A DNA stretch of 64,000 bases from an uncultured Planctomycetaceae bacterium (lineage in GTDB: Bacteria; Planctomycetota; Planctomycetia; Planctomycetales; Planctomycetaceae). Under the pieces are notes generated by a model. That model was given only the letters and a program-made list of their open reading frames with translations, searched no databases and was not told the DNA's origin. The stretch is taken from assembly GCA_963825075.1 (NCBI GenBank), contig CAWGRX010000009.1:152188-216187 (forward strand). Reading direction: 5' to 3'. Positions within the stretch are counted from its first letter, which is position 1; each line of letters opens with the position of its first letter. A program made the translations under genes and the position numbers. Shown here in pieces: positions 18,940-29,134 of the stretch.

Positions 18940-20898
18940 ATGTCCGCCCCGCCTCCGGAGAAACCCGCCCCGCCCCCGCCCGGAAAACGCCCGCCTTCCC
19001 GCCGCGACAGCGGAGACGAAGCCCCGCGTCCCGGCTTTTCCAGCGGCTGGCTGATTGTGCTGGTGCTGTTGGGGTTTCTGATGATCTACATGTATCAGCA
19101 GAATCCCGAAAACACCGGGCGCACCGTGCCCTATTCGCTGTTCCTAAGCCAGGTGGAGAAGAAGAACGTCAGCGAAGTCACGTTCCACGGCGAAATCATC
19201 ACGGGCAAATGGAAAAGTCCCCCCAAGGATCCCGAAAACTCGAACGAGACGCTGCCAGAGGAATTCAACACCGTTGCCCCAACGTCAGCCCTCAGCGATT
19301 CCAAGTTGGATAGCAAACTCACGGATGCGGGGGTCAAAATCTCCGCCAAGGCCACCAGCACTGGGATGGGCACGCAGCTTTTGTTTTGGATGCTGGGGCC
19401 GATCTTGCTGATTGGGTTTTTCTGGTTCATGATGCGCCGCTCCACCGATCCGATGAGCGGCGGCATGATGGGCAATTTCATCCGCAGCCAGGCCAAAAGG
19501 TTCCAAGCCTCGGACCAGCGGACCACCTTCGACGATGTGGCCGCGATGGAACAAGCCAAGATGGAGATGCAGGAACTGGTCGAATACCTCAAAAGCCCCG
19601 CCAAGTTCCAACGCCTGGGGGCGACGATCCCCAAAGGCGTGCTGCTGATGGGGGCGCCCGGCACCGGCAAAACTCTGATCGCGCGGGCCACGGCGGGTGA
19701 AGCCGGCGTGCCGTTTTATTCGATCAACGGCTCGGAGTTCATCCAGATGTTCGTCGGCGTGGGCGCGAGCCGGGTTCGCGATCTGTTCCGCACCGCCAAG
19801 GACAACGCGCCCTGCATCATCTTTATTGATGAAATCGACGCCGTCGGCCGGGTTCGCGGAGCCGGCGTCGGCGGCGGGCACGATGAACGCGAACAAACAT
19901 TGAACCAGATTCTCAGCGAGATGGATGGCTTTACGCCGACCGAAGCGTTGATCGTGATGGCCGCCACCAACCGGCCGGACGTGCTCGATCCGGCACTCTT
20001 GCGGCCGGGCCGGTTCGATCGGCACATCACCATCGACCGCCCCACCAAAGCGGGCCGGCTCGGCATTTTGAAAGTCCACTCCCGCAAGGTCCCGCTGGGT
20101 GACGATGTGAAGCTCGAAGAAGTCGCCGCCGCCACGATCGGGTTTTCCGGGGCAGAGCTTAAAAATCTCGTCAACGAGGCGGCCCTCAATGCCGCCCGCA
20201 GTTCGCAAAGCGTCGTCAAGCGGGACGATTTCGATTATGCCCGCGACCGCGTGCTGATGGGACCCCGCCGCGAGGAAGTCCTCAACGCCCACGAACGCGA
20301 AATGACGGCCTACCACGAATCCGGCCATGCCCTGTTGGGCTGGATGCTCCCCGAAGCCGACCCGGTGCACAAAGTTACGATCATTCCCCGCGGCCGGGCG
20401 CTGGGCGTCACGCAGTTCCTGCCGGAGGATGACCGTTACAGCATCGGCGAACGCCGATTGCAGACGCAACTCATCGTCGCCTTGGGCGGCCGGGCCGCCG
20501 AGAAATTGGTCTTCGATGAATACACCGCGGGCGGGGAAGGCGATCTGAAACAGGTCACGCAAATCGCCCGCCGCATGGTCGCCAACTGGGGCATGAGCGA
20601 CGTGATCGGCCCGGTGGCGTTCACGCAGTCGGAAGAGCACCCGTTCCTGGGCAAGGAAATCCACGAGCAGCGGACCTACAGCGATGAGACGGCCCGCATC
20701 ATCGACCAGGAGGTGCAGCGGTTTCTCGTCGGAGCCTCCAACCACGCTCAGCAAATCCTCAAGGAACACCGCCAGGAACTCGACGCCTTGGCCCATACCC
20801 TCCTGGAACACGAAAGCGTGGACGCCAAGATGCTCGAAGACCTCATCGGCAAAGCCGGCCAATACAAACTCGAAGAAACCAACGGCAAACCCGCCTGA
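18940..20898 (+). CDS. ftsH: ATP-dependent zinc metalloprotease FtsH
   Basis: Walker A GAPGTGKT. Second region of homology. HESGHALLG zinc-binding motif. N-terminal TM plus periplasmic domain. Confidence 0.95.
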   Translation: MSAPPPEKPAPPPPGKRPPSRRDSGDEAPRPGFSSGWLIVLVLLGFLMIYMYQQNPENTGRTVPYSLFLSQVEKKNVSEVTFHGEIITGKWKSPPKDPENSNETLPEEFNTVAPTSALSDSKLDSKLTDAGVKISAKATSTGMGTQLLFWMLGPILLIGFFWFMMRRSTDPMSGGMMGNFIRSQAKRFQASDQRTTFDDVAAMEQAKMEMQELVEYLKSPAKFQRLGATIPKGVLLMGAPGTGKTLIARATAGEAGVPFYSINGSEFIQMFVGVGASRVRDLFRTAKDNAPCIIFIDEIDAVGRVRGAGVGGGHDEREQTLNQILSEMDGFTPTEALIVMAATNRPDVLDPALLRPGRFDRHITIDRPTKAGRLGILKVHSRKVPLGDDVKLEEVAAATIGFSGAELKNLVNEAALNAARSSQSVVKRDDFDYARDRVLMGPRREEVLNAHEREMTAYHESGHALLGWMLPEADPVHKVTIIPRGRALGVTQFLPEDDRYSIGERRLQTQLIVALGGRAAEKLVFDEYTAGGEGDLKQVTQIARRMVANWGMSDVIGPVAFTQSEEHPFLGKEIHEQRTYSDETARIIDQEVQRFLVGASNHAQQILKEHRQELDALAHTLLEHESVDAKMLEDLIGKAGQYKLEETNGKPA

Positions 20899-21152
20899 GA
20901 ACTCGAAGGATCATTGTCGTATTTATCAGCCGCCGGGCGCGCGGCCGGTTTTGGGGAATCGGAAGACAACCCCAAACATCACCGGCGGCGCGCCGCTCAA
21001 GAATTTCGGACGAGATCTTGCCATGACATGAAATCCGCCCGCACACTCCAAACTCCTCTGGGGCGCTGGCAATCCAGGCGCGGCTCGGCTAGCATACTTT
21101 CTCCACTTCTGACTGCGAGAAGTTTTAGAACCGACACGGAGATTCCCCGACG

Positions 21153-21662
21153 ATGGCCGCCACCACGTTAGCCCCCAAAGCCGAACCCGAAACCTTAATC
21201 ATGGTCGTGTATCCCTCGATCGCAGCCGACGCACCGGGGCGATTGATCGGGATGGCGATGTATTCGATCCCCTTCCCGTTTTCCAAAAACCTGAAACTGT
21301 CGGCTTTGTTGTTCGGTCTGCCGTTGGCTCCTCTCGGATTGGCGCTGTATGCTTTGCAGAAGATGTTCGGCCAGCGCTATGTGCTGACCAATCGTTCGGT
21401 GCAGATTTGGTCCGCCATCGGGCAGCGGCTGATCGGGGAAGTGCCCTTGTCTCAGATTGCCGGGATCGAAGTGCACGAACACGCAGGCCAGGAATTTTAC
21501 CACGCGGCCGATCTCCAAATGTTGGATGTCGGCGGGAACGTGATGCTGACCTTGGCTGGCGTGCCGCGGGCCGAGGTGTTCCGTCAAACGATCCTCAAAG
21601 CCCGCGACGCCCGCAATCAGGTGGAGGCGGCGCTGACGACGATCGGTTCCCGCGCCCGCTGA
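21153..21662 (+). CDS. hypothetical protein, bacterial PH-domain-like with hydrophobic segment
   Basis: 169 aa with a hydrophobic stretch LSALLFGLPLAPLGLALYAL. Weak resemblance to bPH_2/YdbS-like proteins. Confidence 0.4.
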   Translation: MAATTLAPKAEPETLIMVVYPSIAADAPGRLIGMAMYSIPFPFSKNLKLSALLFGLPLAPLGLALYALQKMFGQRYVLTNRSVQIWSAIGQRLIGEVPLSQIAGIEVHEHAGQEFYHAADLQMLDVGGNVMLTLAGVPRAEVFRQTILKARDARNQVEAALTTIGSRAR

Positions 21663-21900
21663 GATGCCAACTGCGATTGACGCCGCGATTCCCCAAGGGC
21701 CTAATTTCGACAGCCAAGTCAAACCGGTTTTTTCGGTTTGTGAATTTTTCCGAAACCAAACCTCCGGTGTTTGGGTAATCGGAATGGGGGTTGCCAAACC
21801 CGATGGCTTGGTTTGCGACCTGATTCACTTCGCATTTTCCCTCTGACGAAGGACAACCCAACCCATGAGATGTATCCAATGTTTTCGCTGGGGCAAAGCG

Positions 21901-23628
21901 ATGGCACTCCTGGCCTTGTTCGCTGGGATGTTTGTTGCGACTCCCGCATTAAAAGCCGAAAGCGTGCCCAGTGCCCGCGTGCTGCCCTCGGACGTTTACG
22001 TCTATTTCAGTATTCCCAGCGTGACGGAGCTCAAAGCCCGCTGGCAGAAGACGGCGTTCGGCCAGATTCAAAACGATCCGGCCTTCGCGGATTTCAAGAA
22101 AGAAATCGACGAAGTCCTCGAAAAAGCCACCCGCGAGTTCGAGACCCAAACCCGCATGAAGGTCAAGGACCTGTTGGACATTCCCACGGGCGAAGTGGCG
22201 GTGGCGCTGATGAAGCCGCCCAAGGAAAAACTGGCGGCGGTGGCGTTTTTGGACTTCGGCAAGAGCGAAGACATGGTCGATCAACTCCTCGCCAAGCTCG
22301 AAGACGCGATGGACGCGAAAAACGCCGACCGCAAGGTGCAAGAATTCGAAAATACCCGCATCGTGGTTTACACGCTGCCGAATGCCGAAAAGGAAACAGG
22401 GCCGTTCAAGCCTGGCTTTTCCTACTTTGTGAAAGACACGCAGCTCGTTTTGAGCACGCACGTTTCGGCGCTTGAATCGGTGTTGTCCCGCTGGGGCGGC
22501 AAGGCCGCGCGGAGTTTTGCCGACGACCGCATTTTCAAGCACATCATGGAAAAATGCAAAACCGGCAATCGGGAGCCGATCGTCAAATGGTTCGTCAATC
22601 CCATCGAAGCTCTGAAGGCCGCCGTGATGGCCGGAGCCGACGGAAACCCGCAGGCCGCGATGGCCTTGGGCTTTTTGCCGCTGTTGGGCCTGAATGACTT
22701 TCGGGGCATGGGCGGCGCGGGCGATTGGGCCATCGACGGCTTTGAAGGGATCTCCAAAACCATGCTCTACGTCGATCAGCCGCCGCAGGGCTTACTTAAC
22801 ATGTTCCATTTCCCCACTGCCGATTTGACGCCTCCCAAATGGGTCAGCGAGAAAACCCAGTCTTACATGGCGGCGAACTGGGACGCGGAAGGCGCCTATG
22901 GCGCCGTGGAAACGCTGGTGGACACCTTCCAAGGTGCCGGGGCTTTGGAACGGATCATTGATGATCTGGCCGAGCGGCCGGGCGGGCCGGGCATCCACAT
23001 CAAAAAGGACATCCTCGACCAGCTCAACGGTCGGATTTACGTGGTCAATCAGGGCGTGGAAGGCTTGGAGCAAAAAGTTCCCAAAATTCTCGCTTCCGTG
23101 GGCGTCCGCGATACGAAAAAGATGCAGGACTTCGTCGCCAAGATCTTAAAGACCCAAGGCGTGCCCGCCGAAACCCGAAACTTCCGCGGCGAAACGATCG
23201 TGGAAATCAACACAGGGAATGCCCAGGCCAAGGTGGCCCTGTGCGTGTTCAACAATTCCCTCATGATGACCAGCGACGTGAGCCTCTTGGAACAAGTCAT
23301 TCGTGGCGACCGCACACAAAAACCCCTGGCCGATTCGCCGGAATATCGGCAAATCGCCAAGGCGTTTCCTGAAAAGACGTCGATGCTGAGCTTCCAGCAA
23401 ACCGACGAGCAATTCAAAATCGTTTACGAACAGCTTCGCAAAGGAAAAGTCGGCGAAGCCGCGGACATCCCCGATGACGTCAAAAACGCCGTCGATGGTG
23501 CCAAAAACGCCCTCCGCAAGCTGCCGCCGTTCGATGCTCTGAAAAAATACCTCCCGATCAGCGGGAGCTACACGATTCCCGACGACAACGGGGTCTTGTT
23601 CGTGAACATCAGTCAAGAGAAAAAGTAA
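21901..23628 (+). CDS. secreted hypothetical protein (possibly DUF3352-like)
   Basis: Signal peptide MALLALFAGMFVATPALKA. About 575-aa soluble domain. No catalytic motif recognised. Confidence 0.5.
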   Translation: MALLALFAGMFVATPALKAESVPSARVLPSDVYVYFSIPSVTELKARWQKTAFGQIQNDPAFADFKKEIDEVLEKATREFETQTRMKVKDLLDIPTGEVAVALMKPPKEKLAAVAFLDFGKSEDMVDQLLAKLEDAMDAKNADRKVQEFENTRIVVYTLPNAEKETGPFKPGFSYFVKDTQLVLSTHVSALESVLSRWGGKAARSFADDRIFKHIMEKCKTGNREPIVKWFVNPIEALKAAVMAGADGNPQAAMALGFLPLLGLNDFRGMGGAGDWAIDGFEGISKTMLYVDQPPQGLLNMFHFPTADLTPPKWVSEKTQSYMAANWDAEGAYGAVETLVDTFQGAGALERIIDDLAERPGGPGIHIKKDILDQLNGRIYVVNQGVEGLEQKVPKILASVGVRDTKKMQDFVAKILKTQGVPAETRNFRGETIVEINTGNAQAKVALCVFNNSLMMTSDVSLLEQVIRGDRTQKPLADSPEYRQIAKAFPEKTSMLSFQQTDEQFKIVYEQLRKGKVGEAADIPDDVKNAVDGAKNALRKLPPFDALKKYLPISGSYTIPDDNGVLFVNISQEKK

Positions 23629-23653
23629 CTGTCAGATTTCGCCTTGCCAAACG

Positions 23654-23698
23654 AAAACCGGGCGTTCGGAACTTCGATTTCCGAACGCCCGGTTTTTT
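23654..23698. terminator. bidirectional rho-independent terminator
   Basis: AAAA, then CCGGGCGTTCGGAA / TTCCGAACGCCCGG perfect 14-bp stem, then TTTTTT. Lies between convergent genes. Confidence 0.7.
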
Positions 23699-23789
23699 CA
23701 TTTGAAGTGGATCAGCCGGAACGCGCCAGTGTCCGGTTTCTCGCCGACGAAAAACGAAACCCTGGGCGAGTGCCCAGCGGCTGATAAAC

Positions 23790-24278
23790 CTATTTCGATT
23801 TCAGTTCAAAGTCGAAGGTTTGGGATTCGTCGGGTTTGACGGTTTTTTTGAGTTCGGATCTCTTGTTGTATTTCTCAGGCACTAATTCTTTGGATTGGCC
23901 GCCGCTCTCGGCCGGTTCACCCGATTCTTCGGAGCCTTCGCCTGGAGGGGCTTCTTCACTGCCTTCCTCGGTATTGACGCCGGTGATTTTTTGGGCGGTG
24001 CTGATCCGCACGGTTTTCTCGCCGGGCGTGACGCCGCTGGCTTGGGAATCGAATTGCAACTGGTATCGGCCGCTGTCATTCGTCACGCCGGCGGAGAACT
24101 GGCCGTCGGGACTTTCAAAAACGACCACTGCGTTCGGCAAGGGTTTTCCATCCAGGCGGACGGTTCCGGAGACATCCACCAGCCCCACGGAATCATAATC
24201 CATTTGCGGAGACGTGTTGCAGCCGGCCAACCCGCAAGCCGCCGCAAAACCCAAAACAGTAAAAAACAAAGTCTTCAT
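23790..24278 (-). CDS. lipoprotein (carboxypeptidase-regulatory-like beta domain), usual companion of DUF1559 genes
   Basis: Lipobox LAGC. Acidic low-complexity tail. Immediately downstream of the DUF1559 gene on the same strand. Confidence 0.65.
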   Translation of the reverse strand: MKTLFFTVLGFAAACGLAGCNTSPQMDYDSVGLVDVSGTVRLDGKPLPNAVVVFESPDGQFSAGVTNDSGRYQLQFDSQASGVTPGEKTVRISTAQKITGVNTEEGSEEAPPGEGSEESGEPAESGGQSKELVPEKYNKRSELKKTVKPDESQTFDFELKSK

Positions 24279-24424
24279 AATGAATCTTTCCCATCAAAAT
24301 CAGCGAAAAGGAATGAGGATTGAATTGAGGAAGCGGGGCGAGCCGGCCCGAAATTTCCGACTCGGAGATTTCCACGCTTTCCCTTTGGGGCCTTTGCTCC
24401 TGTCTGGCCTTTGCTCCTTTGGCG

Positions 24425-25374
24425 TCAAAACTCGCCAACCACTTCGCCGCCCTTTCTCGAGCCGAGGGCGTGATAGATGCCCAGGTTGATGTTCTCGGAG
24501 ATGAACCGCACGGAACCGTCGCCCAAGGTGAAGTGGGCGCCGCCGACGTGGTAGCTCCCGAAGGCCATTTCCATGATGTGGCCGTCCACGGTCGGATCGA
24601 GTCGGCTGTTGATTTTCGGTCCGGTGGATCCCAGACCTTCGCTGTATTCGGTGCCGCCTTTCCCGCCGGGGTTCCAGCCGCCCGTTTGCGGAGAACCGGT
24701 GTGCCAGTAGTCCATCTGCTGGCCGTCTTTGCTGTAGGTGTCCGTGTAGGATTCGCCGATCATAATCGTGTTGGTCAAGCCGTCAACCACGTCGCGGAAC
24801 CGCGTGCTGCTGCATCCGTAGAACATTCCGTTTAAGCCCACTTCTTCCAAAGATCGTGCACCGGACGGGCGCTCGAAGGAATCGTGCTGGCATCGTCCGA
24901 ATAGATGTTGGAGCCGGCACAGGCGCGGTAGCTCACCGCGGCGCGGTGGGGGATGCCTTGGTTGGTGCGCTGGGTTTGCATCGCCATGCTGGGACAGACA
25001 TAGATCGGAATCAACGTTCCGCAAGCGGCTTCGTTGGGCGAGCCGTTTGCGTCCCAGTTGCCGGGGCCGGATTCCTGGAAGATCAGCGTTTTATAGAGGT
25101 TCCCCTGCTCGATTTGCGGGTGCAGCATGGCGGTCCACAACGCTTCGCGGGCGTCGAAGCCGAACGGGAGGACATTGAAGGTTTGGTGGTAGTTGTGCAG
25201 AGCCAGGCCGATGTTCTTCAGATTGTTTTTACAACTGGACCGCCGGGCGGCTTCGCGGGCCTGCTGCACCGCAGGCAACAAGAGCGCAATCAAGATGGCG
25301 ATAATGGCAATCACCACCAACAGCTCAATCAGCGTAAAACCGATTCGCCGGGCGAAACGAGGTCTCGTAGACAT
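24425..25374 (-). CDS. DUF1559 protein with type IV pilin-like N-terminus (prepilin methylation motif), frameshifted near 24850
   Basis: [26 protein letters not shown] at the N-terminus. C-terminal [25 protein letters not shown]. ORFs 24832..25374 and 24425..25024 overlap. The frame is restored by adding one T/A in the run at about 24849. Confidence 0.8.
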
Positions 25375-26462
25375 GAGTCACAATATCCTTTGCGAAATAA
25401 GTAAAACGGAAAAATCCGAGCGCACAGTCAGCGCAGAAATAGACAAAATCGATTCCCCGGTTCGCGAGGGAGGAACCATCAGTGGATCGGCACAATGCCT
25501 GACTTAACCTGCACGGCCCGTAGCACGGATTTGCACTGGGGGCAAAACCAAACGTTCTTCGATGACAATTCCTTCGGATTCGTTCTGGTTCAAATCATGT
25601 ATGGCAGCCGGCGCGCGGCTCGTCTCGGGATAAGACGGTATTCAGGAAGGAGTCGATGGCGTGCGGAAGGCATCAAACACAAAACTCAACTCCAAAACAG
25701 CAGAAACAAGTTCAACAGCTCAAACTTCGGGCCTCTAGTTCGATTGCCTCCGTCGGGCTTAGTGTAACTCGAAAAATCCCGATCGCCACCTTAGAACCTG
25801 TGAGTAACCAGTGAAGAATTGATGAAGCCGAATACGGCATCGAGATCAAAGACGTGGGAGACAAATTGGGAGACCATGAATTCGCATGATGGCTCTCATT
25901 CCAGTGCTCGGCAAAGAACAGCACAGTGAAAGGGAAACTATGGAAAAGTTCGTCATTAGCGAATTGATGTGTAAAAATGCTAACCAAACAAGCGCCACTT
26001 GACCAGGCAACATGGAGACTTTAGGTAAAATTTTCACCCGTTGCCGAAAGGTTGAATAATGCGTGGCGGCGGCAAAACCAAAACAGCGGGTGGTCTGCGG
26101 CTAATTCGTAGCTCCATCAAATGCCGAGGCCTTATGGAACCCACTTTTCGGTGTGACCGAACGGCGTTCGGACAACCCCCTGCGTCACGAGAATCTGTAA
26201 ATCCTTTGCTGAAAGTGAGTTATATTAAAAACCCTCTGCCGGTCGGAGGCGTTTTTACTTTCCCGGCAAAGATTTGATGATCCCCTTTCGCCCAAACCGC
26301 GTTCTTTATCGTAGTAAGGGAATGGACCGTCAAATTCATCACAAACACGAAAGGAACGATCCACGAGTGAACGAAACCGGCCATTGGGACTTGGTTTCTC
26401 GCGGGAGATGCCGGGGCGGTTTTCAGAAGAAGCCGGCCGGCGTCTCAAGGAGGAAGGGAACG

Positions 26463-26933
26463 ATGATGAAGCACATTTTCGACAATCGTTGGTGCCGACT
26501 GTTGGCGGGCAACTTGAGCCTGGCCTTGTTGGTCGTCTGCATTCCGATGACGGTGTTGTTGACGATCACCCAAAGCCTGGCGGCGATGACGGCGGGGCTC
26601 GTGATATTGGGCCTCGTGCACGTGGCGCTGTTGGGTCTCCAAATCTCCCGGCAGGGGACGTGGATTCCCGAAAACTGGCTGGCCGTGGGCTTTGTGTTCC
26701 TGCCGGTGATCGATGTCTCCCAGACCGTGTCCCGGTTCAACAAGGGGCTCTGGCTCGCGGGCTTTTGGGCGTTTCTGATGGCGGTCGCCGCGGCGTTCGT
26801 CACGGTGCATATCGTGAAGAACCAATGGCAAAAATGGCGGCACCCCAAAACCGCCACGATGACCAGAACCCATTCCTCCCGCGGAGACCAAACCATCAAT
26901 CCGCCGATGGACGACACGACGATGGTTTACTGA
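26463..26933 (+). CDS. small polytopic membrane protein, hypothetical
   Basis: Four hydrophobic helices from MMKHIF. No family recognised. Confidence 0.45.
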   Translation: MMKHIFDNRWCRLLAGNLSLALLVVCIPMTVLLTITQSLAAMTAGLVILGLVHVALLGLQISRQGTWIPENWLAVGFVFLPVIDVSQTVSRFNKGLWLAGFWAFLMAVAAAFVTVHIVKNQWQKWRHPKTATMTRTHSSRGDQTINPPMDDTTMVY

Positions 26934-27045
26934 GAAGCGGTTTTACAATGTGAGCGGTAGGCGCTAGCCTCCGGTTTTGACGAAGCGATATTCCCAACGC
27001 CAAGACCGGCGGCTAGCCACCCAGAGGGTACCCGGCCGCTCACAA

Positions 27046-28365
27046 TCAACTTGACAAGCTCGTCGCGCGGTCGAGGCTGCTCCAGGCTTTTTTGAGTTGG
27101 GTGTGGGACTGGGAACCGGGAGGCTTGGTGGAAAACGCCGCCCGCAAGTAAAGCAATGCCACTGAGCGGACGTCGCTTGCGAGCCGGGAATCGTGCCGGG
27201 CCAGTTCTTGGACGTATTCGGTGGGCGTCTGGTCGGGGCGTTTGGCCCAGCCGTGCTCGGCTCCCCAGGCTTGCAGGGCATCGTAGGTGTACTCGATCAA
27301 TTCGATCGTGCCCATGTCCCGCTCCATGCCGTTGCGGAACGGGTTGGGATAGTCCGCAAACGGCTTGATTGGCCGCTGTTTGAGCCGATCTTCTAATGCC
27401 GAGGCGGGGGCTTCTTTGGGCTGCTTGGGTTTTCGGCCGAACAAACTCGCCAACAGATCGCGAAGGTCTTTAAAGAACCGCGACACGCCCGCGACGACCA
27501 TTTCCCAATGCCTGAGGACGTAGATCACCACGAACACGGCAAAGGCAATATAGATCAGCCACTTAACGAGCTTGGCAACCGAACTCCCAATGGAACTTGA
27601 AGGCGATGACTGCGATTGCTTTTGCTGCGAAGAACCTTGCTGCCGGCTTTGTTTCTTCGATTGAAATTGCCCGCCGCCGGATTCTTTCTTTTTGTCGTCC
27701 TGTTGCTCTTTGTTTTCGCCGTCTTGTTTCTGCTCGTTGCCGTCGGTCTTTTGCCGATCGTCGGAGTTCTTCGATTGGCCTTCTTTCTCGCCTTTTTCGC
27801 CTTGGCTTTGTTTCTTGCCGCCTTTGCTGGAGGAGGAGCCTTCTTTTTTGCCTTTGCCGCCGGCGGCGGGTTGATTGGATTTCGAGGTTTCGCCCGCTTG
27901 CTGGCCGTGGTTGCCTTTTTGGCCTTCGCCGTTTTTTTGGGATTCCTCGTCCTTGGCTTCCCGGCCGGCCCGGCGGCCTTCGCCTTTGCCGGCATCATCG
28001 CTGCCCATCGCATAGTCGGAGGCCTGGCCGATTTTCTCGCTGATGGAATCGACCAGTTTCGTCACCGAATAGGCCGCATTCGGCCGGGGCAACACCAAAC
28101 ACACAATCAAAATCCCCACCGCGAGCATCGCCCCCAGGCCAATCCAATTGCCGGTCATTTTGAGGGGCATCGAGAGTTTCCGCTGCCGGAGATAACGCCT
28201 TAGTCCCAAGAAACTCGTGGTGAGCAACAGCCCCAATCCCGCCGCGACGTAAAACCACAAATACCGAAACGCCGAGGATCTGCGGGCTGCATCAGAGGCC
28301 GGAATGAACACCTGCCCCAACCCGAACAAAGGCAAGGCCGCGAGCGAAAAATACACGACCCACAA
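27046..28365 (-). CDS. DUF4129-like protein (N-terminal TM helices, long K/E/Q/S/G low-complexity spacer, C-terminal DUF4129-like region)
   Basis: TM segments, then about 150 aa of charged low complexity, then a second TM and C-terminal PDQTPTEYVQELAR. DUF4129 proteins usually sit in MoxR/DUF58/BatA-type clusters. Confidence 0.55.
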   Translation of the reverse strand: MWVVYFSLAALPLFGLGQVFIPASDAARRSSAFRYLWFYVAAGLGLLLTTSFLGLRRYLRQRKLSMPLKMTGNWIGLGAMLAVGILIVCLVLPRPNAAYSVTKLVDSISEKIGQASDYAMGSDDAGKGEGRRAGREAKDEESQKNGEGQKGNHGQQAGETSKSNQPAAGGKGKKEGSSSSKGGKKQSQGEKGEKEGQSKNSDDRQKTDGNEQKQDGENKEQQDDKKKESGGGQFQSKKQSRQQGSSQQKQSQSSPSSSIGSSVAKLVKWLIYIAFAVFVVIYVLRHWEMVVAGVSRFFKDLRDLLASLFGRKPKQPKEAPASALEDRLKQRPIKPFADYPNPFRNGMERDMGTIELIEYTYDALQAWGAEHGWAKRPDQTPTEYVQELARHDSRLASDVRSVALLYLRAAFSTKPPGSQSHTQLKKAWSSLDRATSLSS

Positions 28366-28399
28366 TCCCGGCGCATGCGGCCGCTGGCTGGGCGAATCC

Positions 28400-28915
28400 T
28401 CCGGCAGTCTTCCGGTTTGGGTTGCTCGTCCGCAGCGGGCTGTGGTTGAGATTCCGCTTCCTTCGCATGGCCGTTTTGCGGGGCTTCGGGAGCATCTTCC
28501 CCGTTGTCGAGCCCCGTGATTTGGAGTAAGCCTTGCCCGGACGCATCTTGAGAATCATCAATCAGCGTGCAATCCCAAGTCAACTTTTTGGCACACCACC
28601 AGACCACTCCCAATAGCAAAAACCCAATGATCGGCGTATCCACAAATTAAACACGACCAGCGTGACGGCCCCCCAGAATGCCAGGGTATAGACGGCCGCG
28701 TATTGGCTGCCCTCTTCAATCGCGATCCGGGCGATCAACACCGCCGCGACTACAAACCAAAACAAAACCCATTTAAACCGCCCCGAAAACTCGCCCGAAT
28801 ATCCCAGCTCCTCGAGAAAAAACACCAGGCTCCCCACCAGCACGATAATCAGCACCGGACTGATCGCGATCGCAACGTAATCCGCGAGGGTCTTCTGCGG
28901 GCGGGCTTTAGCCAT
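28400..28915 (-). CDS. membrane protein fragments (ORFs 28580..28915 and 28200..28643), possibly the N-terminal part of the DUF4129 gene split by frameshifts
   Basis: TM helices in two overlapping frames. Flanked by homopolymer runs (ttttt, aaaaa). Confidence 0.35.
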
Positions 28916-29134
28916 CTTTGGTTGTCCGTTTTACCGTTTTCAATTGCAATTGGCCTGGATCCTTATATTTTGACCGCTAGCCAATTAGAGATCCACCGGA
29001 AAGGAACGTCGCGAAACCTCGAGCTTGACATCTCTTGTAAGGCGATTCTACACTAAGCCAAAAGTGGACATTCGTGTCCAATTTTAGATTCCTCTTCATC
29101 AGCAAGCCGTTTCTTACGATAGGGAAGATTCGCA

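Noticed and set aside
19285-20862. 525-aa minus-strand ORF opposite ftsH. Similar cases are 46965..48167, 48545..49945, 58003..59367 and 31324..32478.
   Set aside because: Antisense to conserved housekeeping or oxidoreductase genes. GC-rich shadow ORFs.
27555-28203. Multiple K/A/R-rich ORFs in both strands within the DUF4129 low-complexity spacer
   Set aside because: Generated by the repetitive GAA/AAG-rich spacer. Only the frame carrying TM segments and the DUF4129-like C-terminus is coherent.
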